Assembly: GCA_964016885.1 (NCBI GenBank)
Contig: OZ024743.1
Location: 85,622,001 to 85,686,000 of the forward strand
DNA from: Eledone cirrhosa
Taxonomy: Eukaryota
Direction of reading: 5' to 3'
DNA length: 64,000 nt
Below, piece by piece: positions 37,230-49,965 of this stretch (the stretch's first letter is position 1; each line of letters opens with the position of its first letter). The notes beneath the pieces were generated by a model. It saw only the letters and a list, made by a program, of their open reading frames with translations, searched no databases and was not told the origin of the DNA. The translations under genes and the position numbers were made by a program.

Positions 37230-38330
37230 TAGGATTGCCAAAAACCTTTGCATGTGCAATTCTCTACAAGAATAGTGGTTCAATAGAATTACGTATCCCA
37301 TTAACAGTCAAGCAGTATAAGTGTGGTAGGGTGTCGACTGTCCTGATATTGCACCATTCACATAACAAAATCATCCTTTCCTCCTCAACAAGGTTCATGA
37401 CTAGAATGAAATGGATCGCATCAGCAGTGATGGAGTATTTAGTAACCTCTCTAGGATATGAAGATATAGTAGATATAGTAATAGGAAGGGTTTTGGAAAT
37501 TACTAATTTAGACCATGTTATACTATAAATTAAGAGGATAGAAGGATTGTGGTAGTTAACCTGGTAAAGAAGTGAGAAGTTGCTATGTGGCCTTGTTGCA
37601 ATGTGTCCAACAGAGACTGTGTATCTTAGGAGGAGTTTGTGGTTGAGAAGAAGACCAGATGGAATGTATTGTGTCATAGGAGCCATCCAGAACCAGTTTT
37701 CCAGTTTCCTCCATCTATGAGATGTTTCCTCTTCCCACAAACCTAAAACATTGGACAGTTGAAGAGAATGACCTGTCCAAATGTGAAAAGCCTGGAACAA
37801 TGAGGCATGTATTATCCAGTTTCTCATTAGGCTTGAAAAACATGACGGCATAACTTGATGCTTAGAGTACTGATTGATGCAATGGAAGAGAGTGTAAAGA
37901 GGAGGAACAATGGGAAGAGACCAGAAGTAGTGGAGATAGGCAGCATGAAGTTTTGTAACCCAGTCATAGTAGGAAAGAAAACTGACCCCAAATGTGTGTG
38001 GGGGGGGGGGGGGATTTAGGTGGCTTCAGTAGATCTGGATGGCAAATACCACTTTTTACACCAAAAGACCAGACCTCATCTGGATTTGTTGAAACCAGGG
38101 AGTTTGGACTGACAACATAAGAAAGGAAACACCATTCAAAGTCATTATTAAAGGCAGGTAAGAAAGTAAGTCACTACATCTGGCCTAGGAGAGAAGATGG
38201 TGTACCTGGCACAGTGAGGTAGATGGAGATGTCTTACTTGTATCACAATATTGAATTTCATGCTGTTCCGATGCATTCAGGTGTCACATCAGACTCATCT
38301 AAGATTGTGCTGCTGTGCAAGATCTTCATC
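37230..38330 (+). mobile_element. HERO-like (RLE-type) non-LTR retrotransposon, old fragment
   Basis: Across frameshifts: LPKTF..ILY..QYKCGRV..KWIAS..DIVDIV..GR, EPSRTSF..SIYEMFPLPTNLKHW..CEKPGTMRHVLS..RHN..LRVL, and KRPDLIW. Confidence 0.7.
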
Positions 38331-38718
38331 ACCTACATCAGTAAATGACCCAGAGTAGTTCTGTGTTGAGACGGAAAGGGCCAAAACACCTACATAGTTA
38401 CTATAATGTCATGTACTACACTATCTCTACGGAAAGACACAATCACTACACCATATATATATATATATATATTTGTTTTTTTTATAATTATATTGTGTTG
38501 TTTATTATGTAATTAAATAGCTCTGTACTATACATATAGCACTCTTCTTTCCTTTACCTTGTCTACGGAAATACTTAAAACATATATATATAAATATATA
38601 TGTAGGAGGTGAGTTTTATTGTAGCACAATAAAGCAATGCAAATATCGGATAAGTAGCACTCAACAGGACTGGAGTATATATAATATAAGATCAAAAGAT
38701 GGTTAAAAGAGTTCCATG

Positions 38719-38789
38719 TATTTTATTATGCGCATTTCAAAAGCAAATATCATCATGGGATGATATTTGCGTTCTCATCAGATAAAATA
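38719..38789 (-). ncRNA. Minimal type I hammerhead ribozyme (left arm of the palindrome)
   Basis: tattttat-CTGATGA-gaac gcaaatatcatc ccat gatgatatttgc tttt-GAAA-tgcgca-TA-ataaaata. Confidence 0.82.
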
Positions 38790-38913
38790 GAGAGACATGA
38801 TATGAAGTTTAAAAAACACTTGCGAGCATTGGTGTTAAATCTACATATCAGTATATGTAGATTTAACACTTCACTGCTCGCAAGTGTTTTTTAAACTTCA
38901 TATCATGTCTCCC

Positions 38914-38984
38914 TATTTTATCTGATGACAACGCAAATATCATCCCATGATGATATTTACTTTTGAAATGCGCATAATAAAATA
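38914..38984 (+). ncRNA. Minimal type I hammerhead ribozyme (right arm of the palindrome)
   Basis: 8-bp stem I (38914-38921 with 38977-38984), CTGATGA 38922-38928, long stem II, GAAA 38965-38968, palindromic stem III ATGCGCAT, predicted cleavage after A38976. Confidence 0.78.
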
Positions 38985-39249
38985 CATGGAACTCTTTTAA
39001 CCATCTTTTGATCTTATATTATATAAATATATATATATATAAATAACCTACTAAAAGCGGCAGACAAGATCTGTAGTTGGGGTAAGACTACAGGGAGACT
39101 TGGTGGTGGAACAATAAGGTAGATGAAGTAATTAAGACTAAGAGACAGGCATGGAAACAATGGAAGAATGGGGGGAGCAGGATACATTACATAAAAACCA
39201 GGAGGGAAGCTAGGCGACAAGTATACTTTACTAGAAGGGAAGCGGAGGA

Positions 39250-40822
39250 TAATGCAGTTTGGATTTGTGCCAGGCAAAAGCACCACTGATACCCTCTTCC
39301 TTGTGAGACAGTTACAGGAAAAGTACCTAGCTAAAGGTAAACCTCTCTACCTAGCATTTGTTGATCTTGAGAAAGCTTTTGACAGAGTGCCTCATGACAT
39401 AATTTGGTGGGCTCATAGAAAACTAGGAGTAGATGAGTGGCTTGTGAAGACTGTACAAGCCATGTATAGAGGAGCAGTCAGCAAAGTCGGGATTAACAAT
39501 GACTATAGCAAAGAATTTAGTGTACAAGTTGGCATCCACCAGGGCTCTTTCCTTAGCCCACTCCTGTTTATTATCATTTTGCAACCTATAACGGAGGAGT
39601 TTAAGACCGTCTGCCCATAGGAACTTCTGTACGTGGATGATTTTACGCTCATAGCTGAATCTATGGTGGAACTAGAGAAGAAATTCCAAACATAGAAGCA
39701 AGGCCTAGAAAGAAGGGGTTTTAAAGTCAACCTGACAAAGACTAAGGTCCTATTAAATAGAAGAGAAAACAGAACCCAGATTCCTTCAGGGAAATAACCT
39801 TGTCCAGTATGTAGGAAAGGTGTAGGTAGAAATTCCATCCTCTGCCCCATATGCAAAATGTGGGTACACAAGAAATGTAGTGGGATCTCAGGAAGTTTAG
39901 CTAAGAATGTAGACTTTACATGTCGCAGTTGCATTGGAACAGTAAGCAGCAAACGACCACAGGAAACAAGTGCTACCAAATTCTGGTGGGTGTTCTGAAA
40001 GTACAGAAGCCAGAGTTAAGAATGGGATGGGGGAAGTTCAGGGAGCTATTAACACTGCTGGCTACAAAAGGCTTCTCCCTCAGAATGAAAATCAGACTGT
40101 ATGATGCATGCGTATGTACAGCTATGTTGCATGGTAGTGAAACTTAGCCGCTGTGTGCAGAAGACTTGCGTAAATTAGAAAGAAATGAAGCCTGCATGCT
40201 CCAATGGATGTGTAATATGCGAGAGCGGCAAAGCATAAATGAACTGAGAGAGAAACTAGGCATAAGAGGAATCAAATGGTGTATGCAGGAGAGGAGATTG
40301 CGTTGGTATGGACATATGTTACATATGAAGGATGACAGCTGCATAAAAAAGTGCAGAGTGCTCAAAGTCACTGGAAGCCTTGGAGTAGGGAGATCCAGGA
40401 AGACTTGAGATGGGGGTGATAAAAACCGACCTTGCCCAATTGCACCTCTCAGAGAAATGACACATGACCGGGATCTCTCGCGATATGGAGTTAATACAGA
40501 AGACCCGACTTCCCACAAGCACAAACTGAAGCATATATACAGTATGCCTCACCCCACCCCCAGCCCACCTGGATGTGTAAAAGACATAGCAAAAAGCACC
40601 CAGCTCACACTGTAAAGTGGATGTGTAAAAAACATGGCAAAAAACACCCAGCACTCACTGTCAATGTGATTGCCATTAGGAAGGGCATCCAGCCATAGAA
40701 AACCAGCCAGAATCACCCCTATTTGAGTGAGACACGGTCACCCAACCCAACTTGCTTCTTAATGGGATCCATCTAACCCGTGCTAGCGTGGAAGATAGAC
40801 ATTAATCGATGATGATGATGAT
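39250..40822 (+). mobile_element. RTE-clade LINE (family A), RT domain to 3' end
   Basis: QFGFVPGKSTTD..AFVDLEKAFDRVP..GIHQGSFLSPLLF..LLYVDD..WYGHMLHM. The 3' UTR ends in (GAT)n. Confidence 0.95.
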
Positions 40823-40829
40823 ATATAGC

Positions 40830-42900
40830 CTAGCCTCATTCCATCCTCATATCTGATGAGGGTTGGGGGTCATGGACTCATGGACCAGCACTCTCCATCT
40901 TTTCCTGTCTCTTGCCATTGCCATACATTCCGCCAAACTCCTTTCTGTCCATTCCTTAATATCATCTATCCATCTCCTTTTCTGTTGGCTCCTGGTTCTT
41001 TTCCCTTGTATTTGTCCCTCAAGGATGTGGGTAGTTAAATTTTTTGCCCTGATGACATAACCAAAATACTGAAGTTTCCTTTTCCTTACTATTTCAACCA
41101 ACTGTTGATTGGCACTGATCTCTTCCAGGGCTGATTCATTTGTTCTAAGTGCACGCCTATAGCATGACATTTCAAATGCACTCAGTTGTTTCAAGTCTTT
41201 AAACCAAATAGAGCTACCAGCCACACAAATGTTTTGATTATTTTCTTTTTGATAAACTTTGTAAGAGTTCTATCCTTCCAAAGGCTGCTGAGTGTGCTCA
41301 GCACTGTTCTTGCAGTTGCTAGTCTCATCCTTATTTCCCAACTTGTGCTCATTTCTTCTTTCTGACTAGTTGCTGCCATTACTTTTGTCTTTTTGATGTT
41401 GATCTCCAGACTATATTCCCTTGAAATTCTTTAAACTTTATCCAGTAGTGTTTATAGATTTGCTGGTGAGTTTGCTATGAGCTCTATGTCATTAGCATAC
41501 CACAGGTTGTTAATCTCCTTCCCACCAACAGTGACCCCGCTCCAGGCGAGCATATCCACTGACTCTCTCATCACCTCCTCAGAGTAAAGATTGAATGCCA
41601 AATGCGACACCAGGCATCCCTGTTGAACTCCTCTGTTTACAGTGAACCATTCTCTGGGCTCATTTCCCACTTTCCCTGCAACTTGTTTCTCGTCAGATTC
41701 TTTAATAATTTCACCATTGTGCTGTTCACTCCCATCCTCTTCAATATGTTCCAAAGCTTTAAATGTAATACAGAGTCAGATGCCTTTTTATAATCTACAA
41801 ATACAAAGGCACATTAAACTTCCTTGCCTTTTCCATGATAATTCTGATATTGAAAATCTGATCTCTGGTCCCCACCTTCCTTCTGAAACCCATTTGTTTG
41901 TCTACACACTGTTTACTGATCTCTGTTCTCTCTAAGAAAATCTGCAGGAGGATCTTGCTAATGTGAGTGATCGTACAGTGTTCTCATCATTTCGTTATTC
42001 CAGTGATCTTTGGTATGGGAATAAAAACTGCCTTCTTCCAATCAGCAGGCCACTCTATTGCATAGTTGACGCAATATCTTAATCATTGTTTCGTTGTCTG
42101 TCTTTAAAAGCTCTGCAGGTCATCAATACCCACAGCTTTATTGTTAGGCATCCTATTCAAAGCCTCCTTGACTCCTGATTCCCGAATGGACGGAAATTCT
42201 TCCCCTCCCACATCGACTTGTTGGTTAGTTACTTCCCCCTCCTCCTCATATAAACTTTCACCATCCTTCTTTCACCTTTTAAAAATGTCCCCTCCCACAT
42301 CTACTTGTTGGTTAGTTATGTCCCCATCCCCTTCATACAAACTTTCACTATCCTCCTTTCACCTTTTGAGAATGTCCTGAAGATCAGTCAACACCTTTCC
42401 TTTATCATCCCCAATGTTTCTTTGTTTTGTATGGGAGCCCTTTTTTAGTGACTTTATTATGACACTGTATGCCTTCCGTATATTATGTTTCTACAATGAC
42501 CCCTCAACCTCATCACATTGCTCCATCAACCATCTCGCCTTGTCCTGTGTGGCTTCCCTCTTTACTGCTTTATCCAATTCCTGGTACTTTGTTTCATTAA
42601 ACTCGGAAGTAGCCCTGGTGCGTTTGAGGTTTTTGCTCTCGTCCATCAGATAGAGAATGACTTTAGAGATCCACTCTTTTCTCGGTCTTTTTAGCTCACT
42701 CCAATACCCTTCCTCCGCTGTTGTCTTTACTGTCTCCTTGATTGTCGTAAACAGCTCTTCTGGTGTTCTCTCTTCTTGAAGTAGTTGGAGTGCTTCAAAT
42801 TTGTTGCTTACTTCTAGGTTATATCTCCTCATCACCTCCAAGTTCTCCAGCAAACCAAGATTAAGCTGTGGGCTCTTTTTTTCTTTCCTTTGTGGTTGTA
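40830..42900 (-). mobile_element. BovB-like RTE LINE (family B), degenerate
   Basis: GVQQGCLVSHLAFNLYSEEVMRE..INNLWYAND, RKLQYFGYVIR..ILEGQIQGKR..RRWIDDIKEW, and an upstream linker NLEVSNKFEAL. Confidence 0.92.
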
Positions 42901-43129
42901 TATCATGTGGCTGTATATCATCCATTTTTCCACACTAGCATGGGTTAGACGAGTTGTCCTGTTGTGAGAAATGCCAGGTCAGGTGACCATGTCTTACTCA
43001 TACAGAACTAATTTGGCTTGCTCTCTACAGCTCAATGCCCTTCCTAACGCCACCCACATTTACAGTGAGTACTGGATGCTTTTTGTTGTGACATTTACAA
43101 GATCACTTTACAGTGTCATATATATCTTC

Positions 43130-44480
43130 TTCATCCACTTATTCTGAGAGGGTCGTGGAGGCAGAATCCTCAAATACTCCTTCCAGGAAGTCCTGTCAGA
43201 AGCAACTGTCTCCAACTGATCTGGCTGGATCCCCAAGCATGACCATCCAAGTTCATAAATGTTATCCAACCATTTTGCTCAGGGTCTGCCTCTGGGTCTC
43301 CTGCTGGTTGGTTTTGCCTATAAAATCTGTCCAGTGATTCTTTCCTGAGACATTCTAACCATGTCCATAGTATCAGAGCTGTGATTTCTTGATTTGGAGA
43401 AGTAGCAGCTCTAACTGGAGGGACTCTCTGATCTCCAAGCTACACACTCTATCGAGTAATGTTATTCTAAAGGCTTTTCAGAGGAAGCCTTCTGCCTTCC
43501 ATTACTCATGAAAATGGCCCTGAGATATTTGAAGTTCTTCACCTGCTTCAGTGGAACTCCATTCACATGTAGAGTGCACTTTAGATGCTTTCTTGAGAGG
43601 ATGAGTGTCTCAGTTTTTGCAACACTGATTTCCATTCCAGCCATTCAGCACTTGGCATCAAACCTATCAAATACAAGTTGGAGACCACCTTCTGCTGAGT
43701 TGAGTAACACCATGTTGTCTGCAAATTCCAGCTGACTGATTTTACACCTGCCAGTCATGTTACTACTTCCAGCTCAGCTGCGCACGTCATTCCTGTTCAT
43801 GAAAATAATGAACAGGAGGAGTGACAGTATGCACCTTTGGCGGAGTCCAACTCCCACATTGAATGGTTTTGATTTAGCATCATTCATCTGAACACAAATA
43901 CTCAGGCATTCATATAGAGACATCAGGGCAACAAGAAGCTGACCATCAATTCCATACTCCTACACAACCTCCCACTGCAGGTCCCAAGGACGCGGTTATA
44001 TGCCTTTCTGAGGTCTACAGAACAAGAATATACCTCTTGGCAATACTCTCATGATATCTAGAAGACCTGCTACAGTGTGAATATTTGGTTGACTGAGCTG
44101 CGTTTGGGGCGAAAACCGCACTGTTCATCAGCTACCTTGGACTCGACAATCTCCCTGCATCTCTTTGCCAGACACCTAGCAGAGACTTTATTGAGGAGGC
44201 TTAACAAGGAGATCTCTCTATAATTGGAACAATCTCTCTTGTCTCCCTTTTTGACAATCGGGATTAGCGCTCCTGATTGCTATTGCTTGGATGCCATCTA
44301 GAAATCCAGGACACATGAGCCAGCTAGAGAATATCTTCTCTATTTAAGACTTTTAACATTTCAGGCTGGATTTCATCTTCCCCAGCGGTCTTGCCACATT
44401 TGATCTCTTAACCGTTCTTGTGACTTCAGCTTCCGAGAGATTAATCACTGCTCCCAGATGTACCTCATGTACATCAGAAA
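43130..44480 (-). mobile_element. RTE LINE (family C), degenerate
   Basis: Reverse strand GVGLRQRCILSLLLFIIFMN..LEFADNMVL..GMEISVAKTE..LKQVKNFKYL. Confidence 0.88.
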
Positions 44481-45374
44481 AATGTATATATATATTTATA
44501 TAGGTAGCTGTCATGTACCTCGTCATTTGGTCTACTGTAGGGGGCAGGTCTCAAACAAGTGGCCTGCAAACTACTTTTCTATAGCCCACGTCAAAACAAA
44601 GGAAAATTTGTTCTACATTTTGTATTAATAACTCACTATCATATGTGTATTCATTTTGATGAAAAATAAATAAACAGCTGCCTATCATATTGGCATTATA
44701 ACTGGTGGAAATCATGCCCTTCCCCTCCTCATACTTTTGGCCCACTGTGCCTCTTCCCCGGGACGTAATCCTTGATTTTGATCCTCTGGTCAACTCTATT
44801 AAAAAGCAGGTGGACTGGTGTGACGATGGCGTTCGCATGCATCACGAACTCAAGTTATGCTACTGGTCAAACCCTGTCACAAAAAGAAAAATAGAAAAGA
44901 AAAAAATGCAATGATCAAGCAAAAAGAAGTCTTAGAAAAAAAATTAAAAGTGATATTGTTGCCGGATGCAGAATAGATAATTCCAGTAGAATAGATAAGA
45001 CCCGTATTCGATGACGAGACGGCAATAATCATATATGATACTCGGTTGCATTTCGTAAAATTAAGTGTGGATTATTATTTTTCATCTATTTAAATTTTGT
45101 TTAATACTTGTGGTAATGTTTAAAATACACCGAAAAAAGCATGAACGTCACAGCGTCCCTTTCCTTTCACCTATAATTTTCAATGGCTCACATCAACCTT
45201 TTATTCAAGGTGCGAAGACAAGAATTCATTGAAATATAAGGACAACGGAAGGGAGGTAACTGGTGACGAGAAATGTAACTCGCAACACACAATTATAACG
45301 GACATTACACACTTGTTTATCGTGTACTTTCCGTTTTTTTATTTCTTTTATATTTGCATGCAACCAAAAAGAAG

Positions 45375-45905
45375 GGTCGATCCTCTGCCTATGGCCAATA
45401 TTGGTGATATACTCTCTCTATACTCAACCAGGCCTTGGCTTGAGTCAATATTCCCTCAATTCTTGCATCAACCGGATTGTCCAGGGTTGATAGGAAAAGG
45501 CCAGTTGAACTTACTCTCTGTCCTCTGATTAAGAGGTAGATGTCTCATTTGAGACACCACAATTAGCGACTTTCTGTTTCTTCTTACATCTTGAATGCTG
45601 TAATAAAAGTGAAAGTCACTACTTCCATAGCTGAATAGATTAAAAATTTTAAATACTAGGAATTATCGGCAAACTATTTTTTCCAGCGTGTGGTGTCAGT
45701 AACATTTGGGGGAGTTGGACCGTTGACAACAAAGTTGTTGTCATTGATGGCGGCTCGCCTTACCAAAGTAGCCTGTGGTGTTTTTGGTGAAGGTGCTTGT
45801 TTATGCCACTGCCTTTGTTTCGCTATAACCCGTGGCAATATTGCAAGTGTATTGGCTTGCCTAAAATACTATTAGAGGGAATTTCCAGTGCCACTTGTTG
45901 TGGTG
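45375..45905 (+). mobile_element. Old CRE-clade LINE fragment
   Basis: LPMANIGDILSL and TFGGVGPLT..FAITRGNIASVLACLK, homologous to 25111-25760. Confidence 0.75.
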
Positions 45906-46139
45906 TGTGACTGAATATGTAGGTTTTCACTCTTTTTTTCTTCTTCATTATACCTTTTTTTTAGTACTGTATAAATCTGCAGTCTTATTCATTATATAAA
46001 TCGTATTGACAATTTTGAGGTAAGCCAACATACTCGAATCATTGATTCGTTGAACGATGATGATACTTTTATTGATTGCTAGGTTACCTGATTCTTTCTA
46101 AGTTATTTGTCTTTGGTGATTCTAAGATTCAAAAAGGGT

Positions 46140-46420
46140 AGCCAATTGCAATGTCACAGCTGTGAGCCAATGTCAAATCACCTACTATATCTTGGCTTGC
46201 CGTCTTCCCCACCCTCTACAGCGACAATAACCATTAAAAAAATAATGAAGCCAGAATAAACATTTATTTTCATGTAAATATATTTATTTAGTTATATCTC
46301 GCTCTCAAAAATGCTATTTTAAACCATAAAAAACACCATTTTGGTCATTTAATATCTCCCGGAAGTGAGTCGTGAGTCATGATTCTACTTCCGGTGTCAT
46401 GCACAGACAATATGGCGGTC
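46140..46420 (+). promoter_or_regulatory. Housekeeping-type promoter of NXT
   Basis: CCAAT at ~46142 and ~46167, inverted ETS pair CCGGAAGTG (46359-46367) and ACTTCCGG (46387-46394), AP-1-like TGAGTCA (46373-46379), and a YY1-like AATATGGCGG overlapping the ATG. Confidence 0.75.
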
Positions 46421-46435
46421 GGGTCAGCTGGAGAG
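46412..46435 (+). CDS. NXT: NXT (NTF2-related export protein, p15), coding exon 1 (MAVGSAGE)
   Basis: ATG in good context (AATATGG) just after the ETS promoter. Donor GAG|GTGAGA, phase 0, in frame with the exon at 56143. Confidence 0.7.
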
Positions 46436-48351
46436 GTGAGACAACTTCAACAAGTAATTTTTCCCTTAAAAATAGATCGGTATCCTCTTTACTTTAGCCC
46501 ACTCTTATCATGTAACATTTGCTTTTCAGAAATTATCTAATTTATTCTTGTTTTTAATCACGCAATCTCGTTTCTTCACTAAATACCTTAAAAAAATATC
46601 TAGTTGATGTTAAAAAAAAAAAAGACCCAAAACAAAATACAAAAATGGTCAAACCGTAAACTTGTCTGAAATTCAAACCTCGTGTTGTTAATTATAGTTA
46701 TATATTTGATATTTTAATCAGATTATTTTATTACCCCATCTTTCAACTTATATTTTACATTATGTTTACATGCTTATATTGTGGTGTAGTGCTTGTTAGC
46801 GGGAATTCAAACTGTGTCCCCGAATGGACACACGCGAATGAAGAAGCAACAAAAATAATAAACTGACGTCTTCAATAACTAATAATATATTAAATAAAAC
46901 CACATTTTAATAGCCCTAATCAATAATAACAAATCTGTAAATTACACGTACATGTAATAAATTCACTACAATGTATTTTAACTAATAATACTCTAACAAA
47001 ACACTGTTTTTGACGTCCCTAATCGATACGATTGTAAATGATTATATATATTTATATTAAGATACATAGAATATCTTCCATCTGACTATATTTGAAAAAA
47101 AAAACATGTTTTTAATGTAATGTCCTGTAAATAATAATAATATACGAATATAATAAATTGGCTAGAATATTTTCCAACCGACTCTATAGTAATTGTGGAG
47201 TCGCGTGGCCTAATGGTAAGCGTGTTGGAAGTACGATCATTATGTCGTGGGTTCGATTCCTGGACTGGATTATGTGTTGTGTTCTTGTGCAAAACCATTC
47301 ATTTCACGTTGCTTCAGTATACTCAAGCTGAAAATGAGTACCAACAATAGCTGCTGATTTAACCCTGCGATGGATTGGCGTCCTGTCCAGGGGTAAGTCT
47401 TGTACTTTCACTGGCTTAACGCCACAGAAGCCGGCCTGATTAGCCTCCGTGTTCGAAACAGACTTAAGACTATACATTAACAAAATAAAGTTTTTAATGT
47501 GACCATGAAATAATACACATATGTATATATAAGATTACTAGAATATCTTTCAACTAACTATACATTAACAAAACCATGTTTTTGAATGTCCGGCAAATTG
47601 GCAGTAGTTTGAACGTCGGATAGAAAGCTTTGCACTATTTGTCTCGCCTCTGGGGTCGAATCTTCCTTTCTCTCTCTCTCTGATATCGACATCGTTGCGA
47701 CTTTGAGAGGGGGTGGGCTCTCCAGTTTTAAAATGTTCTAGACCCGCCGTATGTTATGACGGCGCCCTTACGAGTCCATCAGGAGTTACAAGTAATTCTA
47801 TACGTGCAGATGATAATATACAATACATTTGTTAGAATATCTTTCAACTGACAATTTTAACAAATTACTGTTTTTAATGTACTTAATAATAAAACTATAT
47901 GATAATATATATAAATTTGTTAGAAAATCTGTCAATTTACTCGTCTGTTAAAACAACAACCGTAGGTGGTATGGTGTCAAAAACCTGCAGCATTACAGAC
48001 TGGACTAACGCCAGTATTTCCATATCGAGAAGGTAAAAAGCAGCGCCTAGCTCTAAATATTCGGTTGCCTTCATAAATGGAAGCAAAATGTGGAGTCTCT
48101 CTTAACGAAGCGTAACTATTATTAATTTGTTTTGCTGATTGTAGTAGAAAAAGGCTACATTGTTATATAAGGAAGAGTACATAGTTGCTAGAATTTACCA
48201 TACGAAGCTGTATATTTAATGGTTGGAGGAGTGAACAAAGATATTTATCTCTGAGGGGATTTGTATATACACATTTATGTAATATAAGGCACGGTAGAGA
48301 TATTTTGGCCATCCTTCGGCTTTGTATTGGTAATATAAACAATGGTCTGGA

Positions 48352-48400
48352 TAGATTCCCGCGCCGGAAGTCGTTTATTTTCACTTTCACAGTCTCTCAT
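48352..48400 (+). promoter_or_regulatory. Candidate second promoter inside NXT intron 1
   Basis: CpG-rich TTCCCGCG (E2F-like, 48356-48363) fused to ETS CCGGAAGT (48364-48371) in non-repetitive sequence. Confidence 0.4.
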
Positions 48401-49299
48401 ACATTTATATGTATGACCTGCTCAGCAACTACGAAAGCGAAAATAAATACTTCCAATACCAGAAACTACCATTCGTTGTTTACATTACTTAGATCTAAAA
48501 GGAAGGATTGCCGATTCTCCTGTTTTTATTTCATTTGGTGGGGAATAGCGAAATATTTTAACTACTGCCTTTCTGGTTAATTAATATTAATGATTTCTAC
48601 TATAGGTACAAGGCCAGCAATCTTTGGGGAGAGGAAAGTCGATTAAATCGACCCCAGTACGTTACTAGTATTTTATTTTATCGACCCCATAAGGATGAAA
48701 GGCAAAAGCTTTGAACTCAGCGTAAAGGGACGTAACTCAATGCTATAAAGCATGGTGTCCGACGCTCTACTGATACTGCCAATAAAGTGTCATATTGATA
48801 TGAGTTTACCAGAAATGTTTTTTGGGTAGAGGAGTATATTGTGTAGGCGCACGACCAAATTGTTACGGTGATGGGCATTTGATAAAAATATTGTGTGTTC
48901 GACTCCTGGTGGGGCTTTGAGTTCTTGAGTAAAATACTTAATGTTGCTCCACTCCACTCACTTGAAATTGTGTACTAAGCTGAGGATTACCCTTGTGATG
49001 AACAGGCATCTTGTTCAGGAAGGAGTCATGTACTCAGTTGCTTATTGCTGATGAAATTGGGATAAGTTCCTGTCTGAAAACCCTTTTGTCTTACAAAACT
49101 AGCTGCATATTGTATTGTGACTCATTTTTGTAGATTATCGTGACCCGGTCTATTTTGCACCCCACTAGGGCCCACAGTTTGAAAATCTCAGCTGTAGAGT
49201 TGATTTGATCGATTACATTTGGAAAGAAATGAAACGTCCATGCTTCAATAGATGTGCAATAGTAATATACACAAATGGTAAAGCATACATGAACTGAGA

Positions 49300-49965
49300 A
49301 AGAAATCAAGCACAAGAGGGATCAGATGCAGTGTGCAGGAGAGATAGATTGCATTGGTATGGACATGTAATGTGTATGAAGGATGACAGCTGTATAAAAA
49401 GGTGCAGCATGCTGGAAGCTATGGAATGGGCAAACCTAGTAAAACTTGGGATGTGGTGATAAAAGCTAACCTTGCACAGTTGCACCTCTCAAAGGCGATG
49501 ACACAGGACCATGATCTCTGGCGATATGCAGTAATACTGAAGAGCTGCCTTCCCATATGCAGGGGCTGAGGCATACATCAAGTATGCACCACCTTCCCTC
49601 CCATTCACCTCTAATTCCCTATGCATCTCTCCCATCCAAGTGCCCAGTCCACACTGTAAAGTGGTCATGTAGGTGTAAAAATAAAAGCACCCAGCCCACA
49701 CTGTAAAGTGGTTGTGTAGGTGTCATGACAAAAAGTACCCAGTCTACACTGTAAAAGTGGTTGTGTAGGAGTCATGATAAAAACCACCCGATCCACACTG
49801 TAGAGGTATCACGACAAAAAGCACCCAGTTCACACTGAAAATGTGATTGGCATTAGGAAGAGCATCCAGCTGTAGGAACCAAGCCAAAATCAATTGTGTG
49901 TGAGCAAGACACGGTCACCTGACCTAGCTTGTCTCACAGGGAAACAATGATGATGATTATGATTG
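49300..49965 (+). mobile_element. RTE family A 3' fragment with short tandem repeats in the 3' UTR (similar UTR piece at 36760-37215)
   Basis: WYGHVMCMKDDSCIKRC, repeated cacactgtaaagtggt units and a (GAT)n tail. Confidence 0.85.

Larger units (their letters stand above)
38678..39025. repeat. ~350-bp near-perfect palindrome (inverted PLE-type terminal repeat)
   Basis: Arms of ~170 bp centred near 38850 and flanked by TA runs. Confidence 0.95.

Noticed and set aside
47197-47270. tRNA gene-like A and B boxes (also 33363, 18737 and 54966)
   Set aside because: These are SINE heads continuing into core domains, with no cloverleaf acceptor stem.
47430-47465. CTGATTAG...CGAAAC in a SINE tail resembling a hammerhead
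   Set aside because: No stem I or III pairing, and it is not conserved in sister copies at 33595 and 1075.
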